Origin: an uncultured virus (IMG/VR IMGVR_UViG_3300021135_000008)
Taxonomy: Duplodnaviria; Heunggongvirae; Uroviricota; Caudoviricetes
Strand: one strand, 5' to 3'
IMG/VR virus record: IMGVR_UViG_3300021135_000008
DNA length: 64,000 nt
Shown in pieces: positions 35,100 through 44,757 of the stretch. The notes under the pieces were generated by a model. The model was not told the DNA's origin, did no database searches, and was given only the letters and a program-made list of their open reading frames with translations. Numbering within the stretch: the stretch's first letter is position 1; each line of letters opens with the position of its first letter. The position numbers and the translations under genes are program-made.

Positions 35100-35315
35100 T
35101 TATTTATACGAGTCTCTCGTATTTTCTAGCTCGTCTACATTTATTTTTTGCAAAATAAAGAAGGGAGTCCAGCCATCGAACCCTCCACCCATGTTGAGGA
35201 ACCTAGCATAGTTCTTTGCATCCTTTTGATTAGTAAAGTCAGATAAGATGCACTCAGTCCTCTTCTCGAGTACGGAGAACTTACGGTCGTTCCACTTGAC
35301 TACTTCGCAGTTCAT
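35100..35315 (-). CDS. Conserved small T4-like protein
   Basis: ARFLNMGGGFDGWTPFF; directly downstream of gp41. Confidence 0.75.
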   Translation of the reverse strand: MNCEVVKWNDRKFSVLEKRTECILSDFTNQKDAKNYARFLNMGGGFDGWTPFFILQKINVDELENTRDSYK

Positions 35316-36715
35316 TTGAATCCCTCAAACTTTGACTTGTCGAACTTCTTACCCTTCTTGCCGCGCTCGCTGTCCTCGTCGCCGAACTTAGACGAGTCGA
35401 ACACTGGACCGTCGAGAAGGTCCTCCTGCGCGGACTCCTCTACGTCGTAGAGCCTCATCTTAGACCTATCTATGCCGACAACGAACTTTCGGTTCTTGGC
35501 GGGGTCGTTGAACCTGTTCTTGAGCTGCTTGACCAGCAGCTGACTCAGGTCGGCCAGCTTCTCGTTGGAGACTAGGGCGAACATGAAGTCGGCAGTCGCC
35601 GGAAGACCAAACGACTCAGACGTGTCGGTCAACTCGACATCGCTCGAGGCGTAGCCGGAACGAGTCGTCTGGGTAGCGGTGACGATCGGGACGTTGAACT
35701 CGACGGCCAGACCACGAAGCTCCTCGGCGATTGCCTTGACGTAGGTGTAGGAGTTGACGTTGGCACTGAGCTTGAGACGAGACGACAGACAGATGTTTAG
35801 GTAGTCGATGTAGATGATGTCCGGCGTGAAGTTCTTCTTGATCTTGAGCTCGTTGAGCAGGTGCCTGAAGTTAGCAGAACCCGCACCGGCAGTCGGGTAC
35901 TCCTTGATGATGAGCTTGCCGACCGTCTTAGCCCTTACCTTTGCCACCTTCTTGTCGTATAAGTCCTTGGGAAGCAGCGAGAGCTCGTCCATCGTCACAT
36001 CGAGAAGGTTAGCATCGACGCGCTTTGCTATCTCCTTCTCAGCCATTTCCATAGTGATGTAGAGCACTCGCTGTCCCTTGGTCAGGTTGCCTGCGGCACA
36101 GTGACACATAAACAAAGACTTACCCACGCCTGTACCGGCTAGAGCAACGTTAAGTGTTTTGTTCGGCAACCCTCCGTTCGTTATCGTGTTGAAGTACTCG
36201 AGATCGAACGGAACCCTGTTTAGTTTTTGGTGATAGAAGTCAAATCGCTCGGTGGCGTCCTCGATGAAGTCGTGGCCGATGTTCGTGTCGAAGCTTACAC
36301 CCAGTGCGTCGCTGAGGAGTTGGGGGATGGTCCCCGGCGACAGCTTACCCGTCTTGTCGTCGATGATCTGGATAGACGCCATGATCGCGTTGTAGACCGC
36401 CTTGTCCTTGCAGAACTTCTCAGTCTGGTCTACGAGCCAGTCGACGTTGGTCTCGCCCGTGACGTCGAGTGACTCGACAGTCTCCTTGATTGACTTGTAT
36501 TGGTTCTCACCGACTCCCGACTTGTTCGAGAGCTCGATGAGAAGCGCTTCCTTGGAAGGGAAGCCGTTGTACTTGTTGACGTACTCGTTGATGACGTCGA
36601 ATACTACCCGATCACCGTGGTCGAGAAAGTACTCAGACTTAAGGAATGGGATTACCTTCCGTCCGAATCCCTCCGTCGCCAGCAGGTTCGCGAAGATCAC
36701 CTTCTCTATCGACAT
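35312..36715 (-). CDS. 41: Replicative DNA helicase (T4 gp41)
   Basis: AGTGVGKS, IKEYPT, IDYLNI, ATQTTR, SESFGLPATAD. Confidence 0.97.
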   Translation of the reverse strand: MSIEKVIFANLLATEGFGRKVIPFLKSEYFLDHGDRVVFDVINEYVNKYNGFPSKEALLIELSNKSGVGENQYKSIKETVESLDVTGETNVDWLVDQTEKFCKDKAVYNAIMASIQIIDDKTGKLSPGTIPQLLSDALGVSFDTNIGHDFIEDATERFDFYHQKLNRVPFDLEYFNTITNGGLPNKTLNVALAGTGVGKSLFMCHCAAGNLTKGQRVLYITMEMAEKEIAKRVDANLLDVTMDELSLLPKDLYDKKVAKVRAKTVGKLIIKEYPTAGAGSANFRHLLNELKIKKNFTPDIIYIDYLNICLSSRLKLSANVNSYTYVKAIAEELRGLAVEFNVPIVTATQTTRSGYASSDVELTDTSESFGLPATADFMFALVSNEKLADLSQLLVKQLKNRFNDPAKNRKFVVGIDRSKMRLYDVEESAQEDLLDGPVFDSSKFGDEDSERGKKGKKFDKSKFEGFK

Positions 36716-36902
36716 TCAGAATCCCCAGTGTAAAGTTCTCAGCTACGTCACGCGCCCACCAGATACTCTTACCTGAACATGATTGGACGCCAATCAATCT
36801 ATTATCCTCAAAGAAGAGGCAGACGTAGACGTCGCCGTCTGCTCTGACCTCACCCTTGCGCTTTCGGTCTAGACTATAGAAGACCTCATTCGTCAGTCTC
36901 AT
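36639..36902 (-). CDS. Hypothetical protein
   Basis: Between uvsX and 41; GKSIWWARDVAENF. Confidence 0.55.
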   Translation of the reverse strand: MRLTNEVFYSLDRKRKGEVRADGDVYVCLFFEDNRLIGVQSCSGKSIWWARDVAENFTLGILNVDREGDLREPAGDGGIRTEGNPIP

Positions 36903-37959
36903 TGATCTCTCCAGTCTCAGGGTCATACTTGACTGGCTCTTCACCGGAGCCGTAGCGGAACTCTTTGTTGGCGGCGACCTCGAGCATGGCCATCACGTCC
37001 TTGGTGAAGTACTTCTCGGGGTTGTCGTTGATTGTCTTGCCGAAGACCTTAGTCCCGTCAGGCATCTCGAAGCGAGTGCTGACCTTCTTGAACACGCCGT
37101 GGCGCTCAGCCAGCTCGAGAAGACCGTACCAGCGATCGAGACCGTCCTTGTAGGTAAGGAGCACGTCGACCATCTTGTTCTCCTTGGAGAGACGAGACTT
37201 GTACATCTTGACGTGGACGATGTTGCCGATGACCTCGTTGCCGTCCTTCTCCTTGCGCTTCGAGAGCATGGCGATGGTGGAGGCCGAGTACTTGAGGCCC
37301 GAGCCGCCGGCCATCTCGTTGGTCGGGAACATCGATCCCATCGCGGCGTAGACGTGGTTAGTGACAAGCAGCGGGACGCCGACCTTTGCGAGGCGGAGAG
37401 TCAAGACGCGGAAGGCTGCCTTGATGATCTGTGCCTTGGTCATGTCGCGGGTCTCCTTGCCCTCAGCGGTGTCTTCCATTTCCTTGGTAGACGACAGCTG
37501 ACCGAGCGAGTCGAGGATGAACATCATCGGAGGACGCTCCTTCTCCTTGACCTTCTCGTACGAGTCGATCATCTTGAGAGCGTGGTGACGGAACTTCTGG
37601 ACTGTGTCGACCTCGGCGATGACGACTCGATGTGTGTCGATGCCGCGCTCCTCCATCATGTTCTTGGTGACGGCAGCCTCGGTGTCGTAGTAGACCACGC
37701 CGGCATTGGGGTTCTGATCAAGGAACGACTTGACGATGCCGAGCACGAAGAACGTCTTGCCGGTAGCCGACTCACCAGCGAACGCAGTGATCTTGTTGTT
37801 TGGGATGCCGCCATACAGACTTCCAGACAGGACGGCGTTCATGATGTAGCTGCCGGTATCGATGGTTCCACTGAACTCAGCCGAGCCCTTACCGTCGGCC
37901 ATGATCGACGTGTCATCGTCCTTGATCTGCTCAACGAAGTTACGAAAGAAATTACTCAT
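36886..37959 (-). CDS. uvsX: RecA-like recombinase UvsX
   Basis: GESATGKT, YDTE, DSLG, GGSGLKYSAS. Confidence 0.96.
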   Translation of the reverse strand: MSNFFRNFVEQIKDDDTSIMADGKGSAEFSGTIDTGSYIMNAVLSGSLYGGIPNNKITAFAGESATGKTFFVLGIVKSFLDQNPNAGVVYYDTEAAVTKNMMEERGIDTHRVVIAEVDTVQKFRHHALKMIDSYEKVKEKERPPMMFILDSLGQLSSTKEMEDTAEGKETRDMTKAQIIKAAFRVLTLRLAKVGVPLLVTNHVYAAMGSMFPTNEMAGGSGLKYSASTIAMLSKRKEKDGNEVIGNIVHVKMYKSRLSKENKMVDVLLTYKDGLDRWYGLLELAERHGVFKKVSTRFEMPDGTKVFGKTINDNPEKYFTKDVMAMLEVAANKEFRYGSGEEPVKYDPETGEINETDE

Positions 37960-38810
37960 GGCTTCTCCTTGTCTATGAACTGCGTAATGTTGTTATTGTC
38001 AATCTTTAATATATTATCACGTTTTGGCTTATTTGTCAACTGTTTCTTTTTAGGTTTAACTTCTTCCTCGTCTTGGTTGCGAGCCAGTCCACTGTTGGCT
38101 GCGATAAGCAGCACTACGGCTAGAGGGTCGAACACGATCACCAAGAGAAGAATGACACCTCTAATGGCTCTCTCGAGATTCTCGCTGCCAGCGTCTGTAA
38201 ATATAAGCTGCGCGATGTACTTGATTGGTCCGACCTCAGCCTCCATCTTCTTGAGACTCGACTCAAGAGGTATCTTCTCTTCCCTGAGTGTAGATACTGT
38301 CTCTGAGTGTGCATTCTTTTGTTTAGTGAGATCATCGCGAAGCTTCCTCTGTTTTTCTGCAGCGTTCAGCGACGACTGGGCCTGTCCCTTGTCGGTCATC
38401 TTTGTGACTGCGTTGTCGATCTGTGATATTCGAAGGTCGAGGTCCTTGATGACTTGGCTCTCGGCCTCGATCTTGGTATCGATTATCGATATCTGGTCAG
38501 CGTTGCCCGTAGTCAAGTTTACCTGTTGATCGATGTGTGCCTTTGACAGGAACCCAAAGATGCCCATACTCGTGATGATCATCAAGACTATCACGGCCAG
38601 CGTGAGGTATGACTTTAAGAAGAGCGGGGCCGTCTTCCAGTTGCGGTAGAGCCAGGAAGCTGAGACGAGCTTACCCGCCTCGAGCACACAGCCCATTACC
38701 ACGACTGGCCAGAAAGAAGCAGAGAAGATGCTAGTCAACCCGATGATTGAGTAGTATCCCGAGACTGCTGAGACCGAGAGGGCTACTAGCAGAGCGATGT
38801 AGTCGATCAT
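37956..38810 (-). CDS. Conserved multi-TM / coiled-coil protein
   Basis: ITSMGIFGFLSKAH..EVGPIKYIA..VFDPLAV. Confidence 0.82.
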   Translation of the reverse strand: MIDYIALLVALSVSAVSGYYSIIGLTSIFSASFWPVVVMGCVLEAGKLVSASWLYRNWKTAPLFLKSYLTLAVIVLMIITSMGIFGFLSKAHIDQQVNLTTGNADQISIIDTKIEAESQVIKDLDLRISQIDNAVTKMTDKGQAQSSLNAAEKQRKLRDDLTKQKNAHSETVSTLREEKIPLESSLKKMEAEVGPIKYIAQLIFTDAGSENLERAIRGVILLLVIVFDPLAVVLLIAANSGLARNQDEEEVKPKKKQLTNKPKRDNILKIDNNNITQFIDKEKP

Positions 38811-39085
38811 TTCTCATCCACGAAGGCGTTGATCTTGTTAATGAATGCTTGGATCTTGGCTGCACGGTCCGGCCACAGGATGTACTCCTTGGCTGGATCC
38901 TTTGACAGGTTGTTGAGAAGGGGCATGATCATGTCGCGAAGCGTGTGGATCTTGTCCTTAGCGTCCTTAGAGGTCTTCTCGACTACTCGAGACTGTTCCT
39001 CGACCTTCTTCTTAAGCGTCTCCTCGTGAGCCTTGAGCTCAGTCTCAGATACTAGTGAGAATCCAAAGTCGTCGTCGATCTTCAT
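38807..39085 (-). CDS. Conserved small protein (DFGFS..YILWPDR)
   Basis: AAGGA RBS; start trimmed to MKIDDD. Confidence 0.75.
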   Translation of the reverse strand: MKIDDDFGFSLVSETELKAHEETLKKKVEEQSRVVEKTSKDAKDKIHTLRDMIMPLLNNLSKDPAKEYILWPDRAAKIQAFINKINAFVDEK

Positions 39086-39095
39086 CTGTATTTCC

Positions 39096-41612
39096 TTATC
39101 CAAAGAAGTCTTCAAGAGTCGACTTCTTCTCAGTCGACCAGCCGATAGCCTCGAGAATTGACCGCATAGGTTCAAGGAACCCCTTGTCAAACTGCATGTC
39201 GCGGTCGAGATACTTGTTGAGATCAAACTCATCAGGCATCTCATCAGGTACCGCGATGACCTGCTCATGAACGATGTTGGGGACCTTGAGGTATGCAAAC
39301 TTTACCTTATCACCGTCCGCGATCGGCATGTACTTGTTGCCGAACTTTTGGACGAACTTATTATATATCAGGGCGCCCTTGACCTGAATAGGAGTCGCCT
39401 TCTTGTAGATCGTCAAGCTGTCACGATACTTGTTCATGTTCTTGATGCCGCGAGGGAAAGCGATCTCCTCGAACGGAAGCGTCTCGAACTCTTCCCTGAA
39501 CTTCGCGATGAACTCGATGATCGACTCCTCATCCTCGTTCATGATCTTGGTGATGCCGATCTCGAGGGCCGAGCGACACGAAGACGGTGTAGAAGACCTG
39601 ACGGACGCGATGCCCATTACCTTCTGCTTTGGCTTGTCGTAGCGTACGCCCTCGATGTCCCAAGCGTTGAGCATGTACATCTTCTTGGCGATCCAGATCC
39701 CCTTGTCGGCGATCGTCTCACGCTTCATCTTCATCTTCTGCTGACGAGCGTTCATATGGTCGGCGAGGTCTTGATACGTCTTGTCCATGAACGGCTGGAT
39801 CTTAGCCTCGATGAACTTGTCGAGGGCGTCGACGATCTTAGGCTTGTCGGTCTCGCCGGGAAACACCGAGTTGACCAGCGGCTCGAGGTTGACGTAGATC
39901 GAGTCGGTGTCGGAGGCGATGACGAAGTCGAAGCCCTCGGTCTTAAGAAGCTTGTTGAGGAACTCGTTCATACGCTTCTCGATCCAGCGAATGGACAGCT
40001 GACCGGAAGTGGTGATGGCCTCGGCGTGGTTGAAGTTGAACCAGCGGAAGTAGGCGTTGCCGAGTGCACCGTAGGCCGAGTTGAGCTGGATCTTCTTGGC
40101 AAGCTGAAGGTTGTGGTATCGAGCGATGTCGTTCTCGTCTTTGCGGGAGTGAGTCTCCTCGTACCTCTTCTTTGCCTCGATCATCATGACCTTGTACTTG
40201 GCGCGATCGTCGTACATCTTCTGCATGAGCTCGGGAAGGAACCCAAGCTTGTCGCGACGGTACACACAACCGTTGGCAGCGTAGGACCACTCATTGTTGT
40301 ACTCGTAGTCGGTCGACCTGTCGAGCAGGGCATCGATGCTTGGGAAGGAGTCGAGCTTCTCGACGAACGTCTCAGGCGAGATGTTGTACTGCATGATCAA
40401 GTGAGGGTAGAGCGAGTTCAAGTCAAAGGACGCGACCCACTTGTGCATCCCGAGCTGAGGTTCCTTGACGTGACCGCCGACGAGGTTGAAGTCGTCGTCA
40501 CCCTTCTCGAACTGTGGGATGACGGTCTTCTTGCTCATAAGGTAGTTGTGGATGATGACGTCCCAAGGGCGCACGGTGGTCAAGACGTCGACGTAGTTCA
40601 CCTTGGCGTCGTAGGCCATGGCGAACACCTGCTTGATGAGGCCGAGCTTCTCCTCGAGTCTGTCTACCAAGACGACGTCGTGGATGTTGTAGTCGATGAA
40701 GAGCTCGTAGTTCTTCTCATAGAGGTCGTTGAGTGAGCCGTACTCAGAGTAGTCCAGCTTCCTCTCACCGAGCTCGACGTTGGCGATGTGGTCGAGCTTG
40801 TAGGACGCTTGGTTCTTAAACGAGAACTTCTTGTACAGTTGAAGGTAGTCGAGTACCGCGATGCCGACCATGTCGTAGACGTGCTCCACGCGACTGTCGA
40901 GGTCCTTGCCTGAGTTGGAGGAGGACTTGCCGCGGATGATCTCACGCTCGTGGACACGACCCCAAGGCGACAGCATCTTAGCGTTCTTCTCGCCGAGCAC
41001 TACTCGGATGCGGTTGTAGATGTACGGGATGTCGAACATCTCGACGTTCCATCCGGTCACGACGTCGGGAGCCCAGTCCTCGTGAGTCCACACGACGAGG
41101 AACTTGCTGAGCAGGTCCTTCTCGTCCTTGCACATCCTGTAGGTGACGTCGTTGGACTTTGACTTATAGAAGCGAGTACCCAAGACGATCTTCTTGCCGT
41201 TCTTGGATATCGAGATAGCGGTGATCGCCTTGTCGGCTTCCCTGATGTTAGGGAACCCACCGCTCGAGTCGGTCTCGATGTCGAGGCTTACTACCGAGAT
41301 CTGGCTCGGGTCGTACTCAAGCTCGCCTGGATACTCGTCGTTGAGGAAGACGTACTGGAAGTTAGTGAGCCCGTAGACTCGCTTGCCCATCGTGTCTTTG
41401 TAGAGCTCGACGTAGTCCTTGGCCTCGCGCATGGACTTGAAGGAAATCTTCTCGGCGGGCTTGCCGGCGAGGGTAGAGTATTCTGACTTACGGCCTGTGA
41501 CCTCGAAGAGGTACGGCTCATAGTCGATAGTTTCCTGAACGCGCCTTCCATTGGAATAGCCGCGGAGGTAGATCGAGTCTCGCATAACGTGGACGTGTGT
41601 ATAGAAATTCAT
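39096..41612 (-). CDS. 43: DNA polymerase family B (T4 gp43)
   Basis: DIET exonuclease; DLNSLYP, KIQLNSAYG, SDTDS. Confidence 0.98.
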   Translation of the reverse strand: MNFYTHVHVMRDSIYLRGYSNGRRVQETIDYEPYLFEVTGRKSEYSTLAGKPAEKISFKSMREAKDYVELYKDTMGKRVYGLTNFQYVFLNDEYPGELEYDPSQISVVSLDIETDSSGGFPNIREADKAITAISISKNGKKIVLGTRFYKSKSNDVTYRMCKDEKDLLSKFLVVWTHEDWAPDVVTGWNVEMFDIPYIYNRIRVVLGEKNAKMLSPWGRVHEREIIRGKSSSNSGKDLDSRVEHVYDMVGIAVLDYLQLYKKFSFKNQASYKLDHIANVELGERKLDYSEYGSLNDLYEKNYELFIDYNIHDVVLVDRLEEKLGLIKQVFAMAYDAKVNYVDVLTTVRPWDVIIHNYLMSKKTVIPQFEKGDDDFNLVGGHVKEPQLGMHKWVASFDLNSLYPHLIMQYNISPETFVEKLDSFPSIDALLDRSTDYEYNNEWSYAANGCVYRRDKLGFLPELMQKMYDDRAKYKVMMIEAKKRYEETHSRKDENDIARYHNLQLAKKIQLNSAYGALGNAYFRWFNFNHAEAITTSGQLSIRWIEKRMNEFLNKLLKTEGFDFVIASDTDSIYVNLEPLVNSVFPGETDKPKIVDALDKFIEAKIQPFMDKTYQDLADHMNARQQKMKMKRETIADKGIWIAKKMYMLNAWDIEGVRYDKPKQKVMGIASVRSSTPSSCRSALEIGITKIMNEDEESIIEFIAKFREEFETLPFEEIAFPRGIKNMNKYRDSLTIYKKATPIQVKGALIYNKFVQKFGNKYMPIADGDKVKFAYLKVPNIVHEQVIAVPDEMPDEFDLNKYLDRDMQFDKGFLEPMRSILEAIGWSTEKKSTLEDFFG

Positions 41613-41643
41613 AGTCTTAATATATCACTCTTTTCTATATTTG

Positions 41644-42255
41644 TCAACTAAAGATGGTAAGCGCTTCCTTGTAGAGTGCTTCTCGCTGGTCGAGTCCGAT
41701 GGTCCCGCCGTTGATCCTCTTCGTGCACGTCAGTACGTCTTCTTCATCTGCGAAGTGGTTGAGGTCTCGAGAGTTCCAGTACCATCCCGCAGACATGCAG
41801 GCACCGAGAGGCGTCTGAAGGTATTCGACAGTCTGGTCAAGCTCGTACCCTAGAGCGTGTGCTAGAGCCTCGTAGTTGTACTTTCCGGTGATCTGGATCA
41901 GACCGCGACCACGAAACTTCCAGCCGTCGCCTGAAGCCTCGTCTCCGTTGCCCATCCTGTTCTTATAGACGCGGTCGGCGATCTTCTCAGGGCTGTGAGC
42001 GTAGTCGTTCGGATCAACGGTCTTAAAGTATTTTGGAAAAGTACGAACGAGACCTTCTGCACTGTAGTCGAGGTTCTCCTCGATCTCACGAAAGCCACCT
42101 GACTCGACTCCTACTTGAGCCAAGAACATCGAGATCCTGTATGGGTTGTTGACGTGAAAGGTAGTCATCACAGTATTGAGAGGGTCGATGTATGCCTGAA
42201 GAGTCTCGTCAGGCGTGTCTTCAAAGAAAGAGTTCATCTGTTGAATAGTTATCAT
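41644..42255 (-). CDS. GH19 endolysin
   Basis: FLAQVGVESG..EENL..RGRGLIQITG..TKRINGG. Confidence 0.9.
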   Translation of the reverse strand: MITIQQMNSFFEDTPDETLQAYIDPLNTVMTTFHVNNPYRISMFLAQVGVESGGFREIEENLDYSAEGLVRTFPKYFKTVDPNDYAHSPEKIADRVYKNRMGNGDEASGDGWKFRGRGLIQITGKYNYEALAHALGYELDQTVEYLQTPLGACMSAGWYWNSRDLNHFADEEDVLTCTKRINGGTIGLDQREALYKEALTIFS

Positions 42256-42266
42256 TTAGATTCTCC

Positions 42267-42295
42267 AAAAGAAAAGAGGGGGAAGATCCCCCTCT
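42267..42295 (-). terminator. Intrinsic terminator
   Basis: AGAGGGGGA-TCT-TCCCCCTCT-TTTCTTTT. Confidence 0.8.
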
Positions 42296-42346
42296 GATTA
42301 CTTACCGTTTATGATTACCAGTTCTTCTACAGTGTAGGGCCACATG

Positions 42347-42499
42347 CTAGGCCTCCTTAGCGATTCTGTAGATATCGGACCTGTTGACGCCGATGTCTGC
42401 TAGTTCTCTGTCGTTTAGACAAGAGAGCTCATGGATAGTCTTTCGTACTCGCTCCTGGCGTCTAAGCCAAGAACGAACGTTCTTGATTATGTCGGACAT
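42347..42499 (-). CDS. DUF1127 small protein
   Basis: MSDIIKNVRSWLRRQERVRKTIHELSCLNDRELADIGVNRSDI (50 aa, below track cutoff). Confidence 0.85.
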   Translation of the reverse strand: MSDIIKNVRSWLRRQERVRKTIHELSCLNDRELADIGVNRSDIYRIAKEA

Positions 42500-43039
42500 T
42501 TATCTTACCTTATCTTCGTCTGTGTACGGCTGCTTTGCGCGGTAGAGGTCGGACTTAGACTTAGTCGTCTCCTCGTCGGTGATGTCGATCTTCTTGGGCT
42601 TCTTATCCTCGGGGATAATGTGTTCAAGCCAGATCTTAAGCAGGCCATTTACGAGTGCCGCGTTGTTAACGACGACGTTGTCAGCGAGGGTGAAGGTACG
42701 AGTGAATGGGCGGTCGGAGATGCCCTTGTGGAGGAAGGTCTGGTCGATACCGTCGGCTACGAGGTTGTCGATTGTAGTCTTTCCGTTGACGATGAGCTTG
42801 TTATCTTCAAGAGTCATCTCGAGATCGTTCTTACCGAATCCGGCTACGGCCATCTCGATAACGTACGTGTTCTCTTCTGTCTTCTTTAGATTGAAAGGGG
42901 GATATGCGGTGTTGACTGCGGTGTTGGCGAGCTGACTGACTGCGTCGTTCCAGCGCTCCGAGAACTTATCACTTCCGACAAAGAACTTGTTGAACTTGTC
43001 GAACTCAGCAAAAGTGTGATCAAAAAACTTATTAGTCAT
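42500..43039 (-). CDS. Small heat-shock protein (Hsp20/IbpA-like)
   Basis: YPPFN..AVAGF..KGISDRPFTRTFTLAD..NGLL..IPEDKKP; AGGAGG RBS. Confidence 0.95.
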   Translation of the reverse strand: MTNKFFDHTFAEFDKFNKFFVGSDKFSERWNDAVSQLANTAVNTAYPPFNLKKTEENTYVIEMAVAGFGKNDLEMTLEDNKLIVNGKTTIDNLVADGIDQTFLHKGISDRPFTRTFTLADNVVVNNAALVNGLLKIWLEHIIPEDKKPKKIDITDEETTKSKSDLYRAKQPYTDEDKVR

Positions 43040-43133
43040 ATAGACCTCCTGTAAGGCAAGGTTGAATGTATTATGGGTCCCGAAAGGCAACCCATAATAC
43101 TATTTAGTCATCTCTAGTAAAAAGTCAATAGTC

Positions 43134-43343
43134 TCAGTTCAATTTTTTATTGAACGTTTCCTTAGCGACACAGTAGACGTACTTGTTATCTGTGTCAAGC
43201 AGAAACAGGGGAGTCATGTCTGCTTCCCTATACTCGTCCGCGATACCCAGCATCCTAGTGAAGGAGCTGTTTCCTCCAAGGAACTCAGCTGCCTGTACGA
43301 CGATGTCCTCGTCGATGATCTGGATATTGCTTACTCGAGCCAT
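43134..43343 (-). CDS. Hypothetical protein
   Basis: GAGGA RBS before MARVSN. Confidence 0.6.
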   Translation of the reverse strand: MARVSNIQIIDEDIVVQAAEFLGGNSSFTRMLGIADEYREADMTPLFLLDTDNKYVYCVAKETFNKKLN

Positions 43344-43347
43344 TTCC

Positions 43348-44010
43348 TCAGTCCCAAAGACCACGATAGTACTTTCCGAATAAACGAAGACCGTTTGCGA
43401 TCTTGTCGTTGTACTCTTTGTATTTATCGGGATTGAACTTTCCGCGCTCGCGGGCTTCTTCTTTGGTCTCGATGTACTTGTCACCGACCTTTACGCGACT
43501 GACTTCTTCGTCTGGCTCGTACTTGTCGTAGTAGGTCTCTTCACCGTTGGTCCACTCTTTAGAGATCTGCTCAAAGGCCCAGATCATCTCGTCCATTATC
43601 CACGCCCAGCGCTCCTGGGCTAGGGTATCGGAGTGACCGAAGTCTTCTTCTTCACCCTTGCCGATAGTAGGGGCGTCTTCGGGGTCCGTGATCTGGAAAC
43701 CGTGGTTGGTCGCCTTGAGCTGCTTGAGCATCGGCACGATGATCAGGGCAAGGGTATGGTCCATGCTCCAAGTATCGTAGTAGTCGATGCGGACCTTCTC
43801 ACGACGACCGCGCCAAATGATGAACTTGTTGATAGTAGCGTCTAGGACGACCTGCCAAGCGTCGAGGACCTTCTCGATGATGAGGTCAAAGCCATCGGTG
43901 TCTTCGTCTTCAATGCTCCACATGTATTCGTCGTAGCGCCACTCGAGCCATCTCCTATAGGTATTATAGGTGCTCCATACAGAGGCGTACGGTCCAATAT
44001 CTACGCGCAT
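43348..44010 (-). CDS. Conserved phage hypothetical protein
   Basis: DTWSMDHTLA..MDEMIWAF..GLRLFGKYYRGLWD. Confidence 0.8.
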   Translation of the reverse strand: MRVDIGPYASVWSTYNTYRRWLEWRYDEYMWSIEDEDTDGFDLIIEKVLDAWQVVLDATINKFIIWRGRREKVRIDYYDTWSMDHTLALIIVPMLKQLKATNHGFQITDPEDAPTIGKGEEEDFGHSDTLAQERWAWIMDEMIWAFEQISKEWTNGEETYYDKYEPDEEVSRVKVGDKYIETKEEARERGKFNPDKYKEYNDKIANGLRLFGKYYRGLWD

Positions 44011-44501
44011 TATTTTTTCTCCTTGCAATTATCAAAATGCCAGCGCTTCATTGCTGGGTTTCCACCTGTTCTTCCACAATGTGGACACTGAAATTTAGGT
44101 TTAGATATATCTTTTAATGCTTTAGATCTTTTTTCATTAGCTTCAGGAGTAAGATTTTTTGTATCCCAAGTAAGTTTTCTTCCTTTTCTCGTCTGCGACA
44201 TTTTGATTCGAGTTTCTTTAGAAATTACCTGTTTTTTTCTTGCTTCTTTAATCTTTTGAATAGATATATCAGAGTGTTTTCTTCCAGTCCAAGTAACTAT
44301 TGAAGCTAATTTTCTTGCATCATCCGAATTTATCTGACCACTTAAAGTTTTCCAAGCTATTAAGTCTTGCCAGTTTCCTAATTCTTCATATAATTTACGA
44401 TGTGCTTCAGCATGTTCTTCAACGCTCAATTCTATCAAGTTGGATGGATCATTTGATCCACCCATATATTTTGGTATGATATGATGAATGTGTTTACCCA
44501 T
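44010..44501 (-). CDS. HNH homing endonuclease with NUMOD3-like and CPHC motifs
   Basis: HIHHIIPKYMGG..NL..EEHAEAH; ETRIKMS; CPHCG..WHFDNC; AT-rich. Confidence 0.88.
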   Translation of the reverse strand: MGKHIHHIIPKYMGGSNDPSNLIELSVEEHAEAHRKLYEELGNWQDLIAWKTLSGQINSDDARKLASIVTWTGRKHSDISIQKIKEARKKQVISKETRIKMSQTRKGRKLTWDTKNLTPEANEKRSKALKDISKPKFQCPHCGRTGGNPAMKRWHFDNCKEKK

Positions 44502-44543
44502 AGATAATCTTTTTAGAATATCTATAAAGTCTTGACTTCAATA

Positions 44544-44714
44544 TCAACCTTCATCTGCGTCCTCCCTACGAGGGTTGAACTCGTCTTCCTCGATCGCCTT
44601 CTTGAGTGCATAGATGATGCCGTAGCGGGCAAAGATCTTGATCTCTTCTGCGGTCAAGTCGAACTGAAATACGCCGCTTCCGTCTTCATTTTCACTGATC
44701 TCAACTACTTCCAT
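44544..44714 (-). CDS. Small hypothetical protein (ENEDGS motif)
   Basis: AGGAG RBS; 56 aa. Confidence 0.6.
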   Translation of the reverse strand: MEVVEISENEDGSGVFQFDLTAEEIKIFARYGIIYALKKAIEEDEFNPRREDADEG

Positions 44715-44724
44715 TTGCTTCTCC

Positions 44725-44732
44725 TATAAATA
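44725..44732 (+). promoter_or_regulatory. T4-type late promoter
   Basis: TATAAATA upstream of the spanin-like pair. Confidence 0.8.
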
Positions 44733-44757
44733 TCCGGTCTGAGACACGGAGGTTATC

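Noticed and set aside
37099..40736. Long plus-strand ORFs (476 aa and 489 aa) and similar antisense ORFs elsewhere
   Set aside because: They shadow uvsX and gp43; strong C/G third-position bias removes antisense stops; no RBS or recognisable motifs.
39096..41612. High frequency of TCGA/GTCGAC/CTCGAG as a functional signal
   Set aside because: Plausibly explained by GTC/CTC/ATC codons followed by GAC/GAG; not quantified, and would need a codon-shuffled null model.
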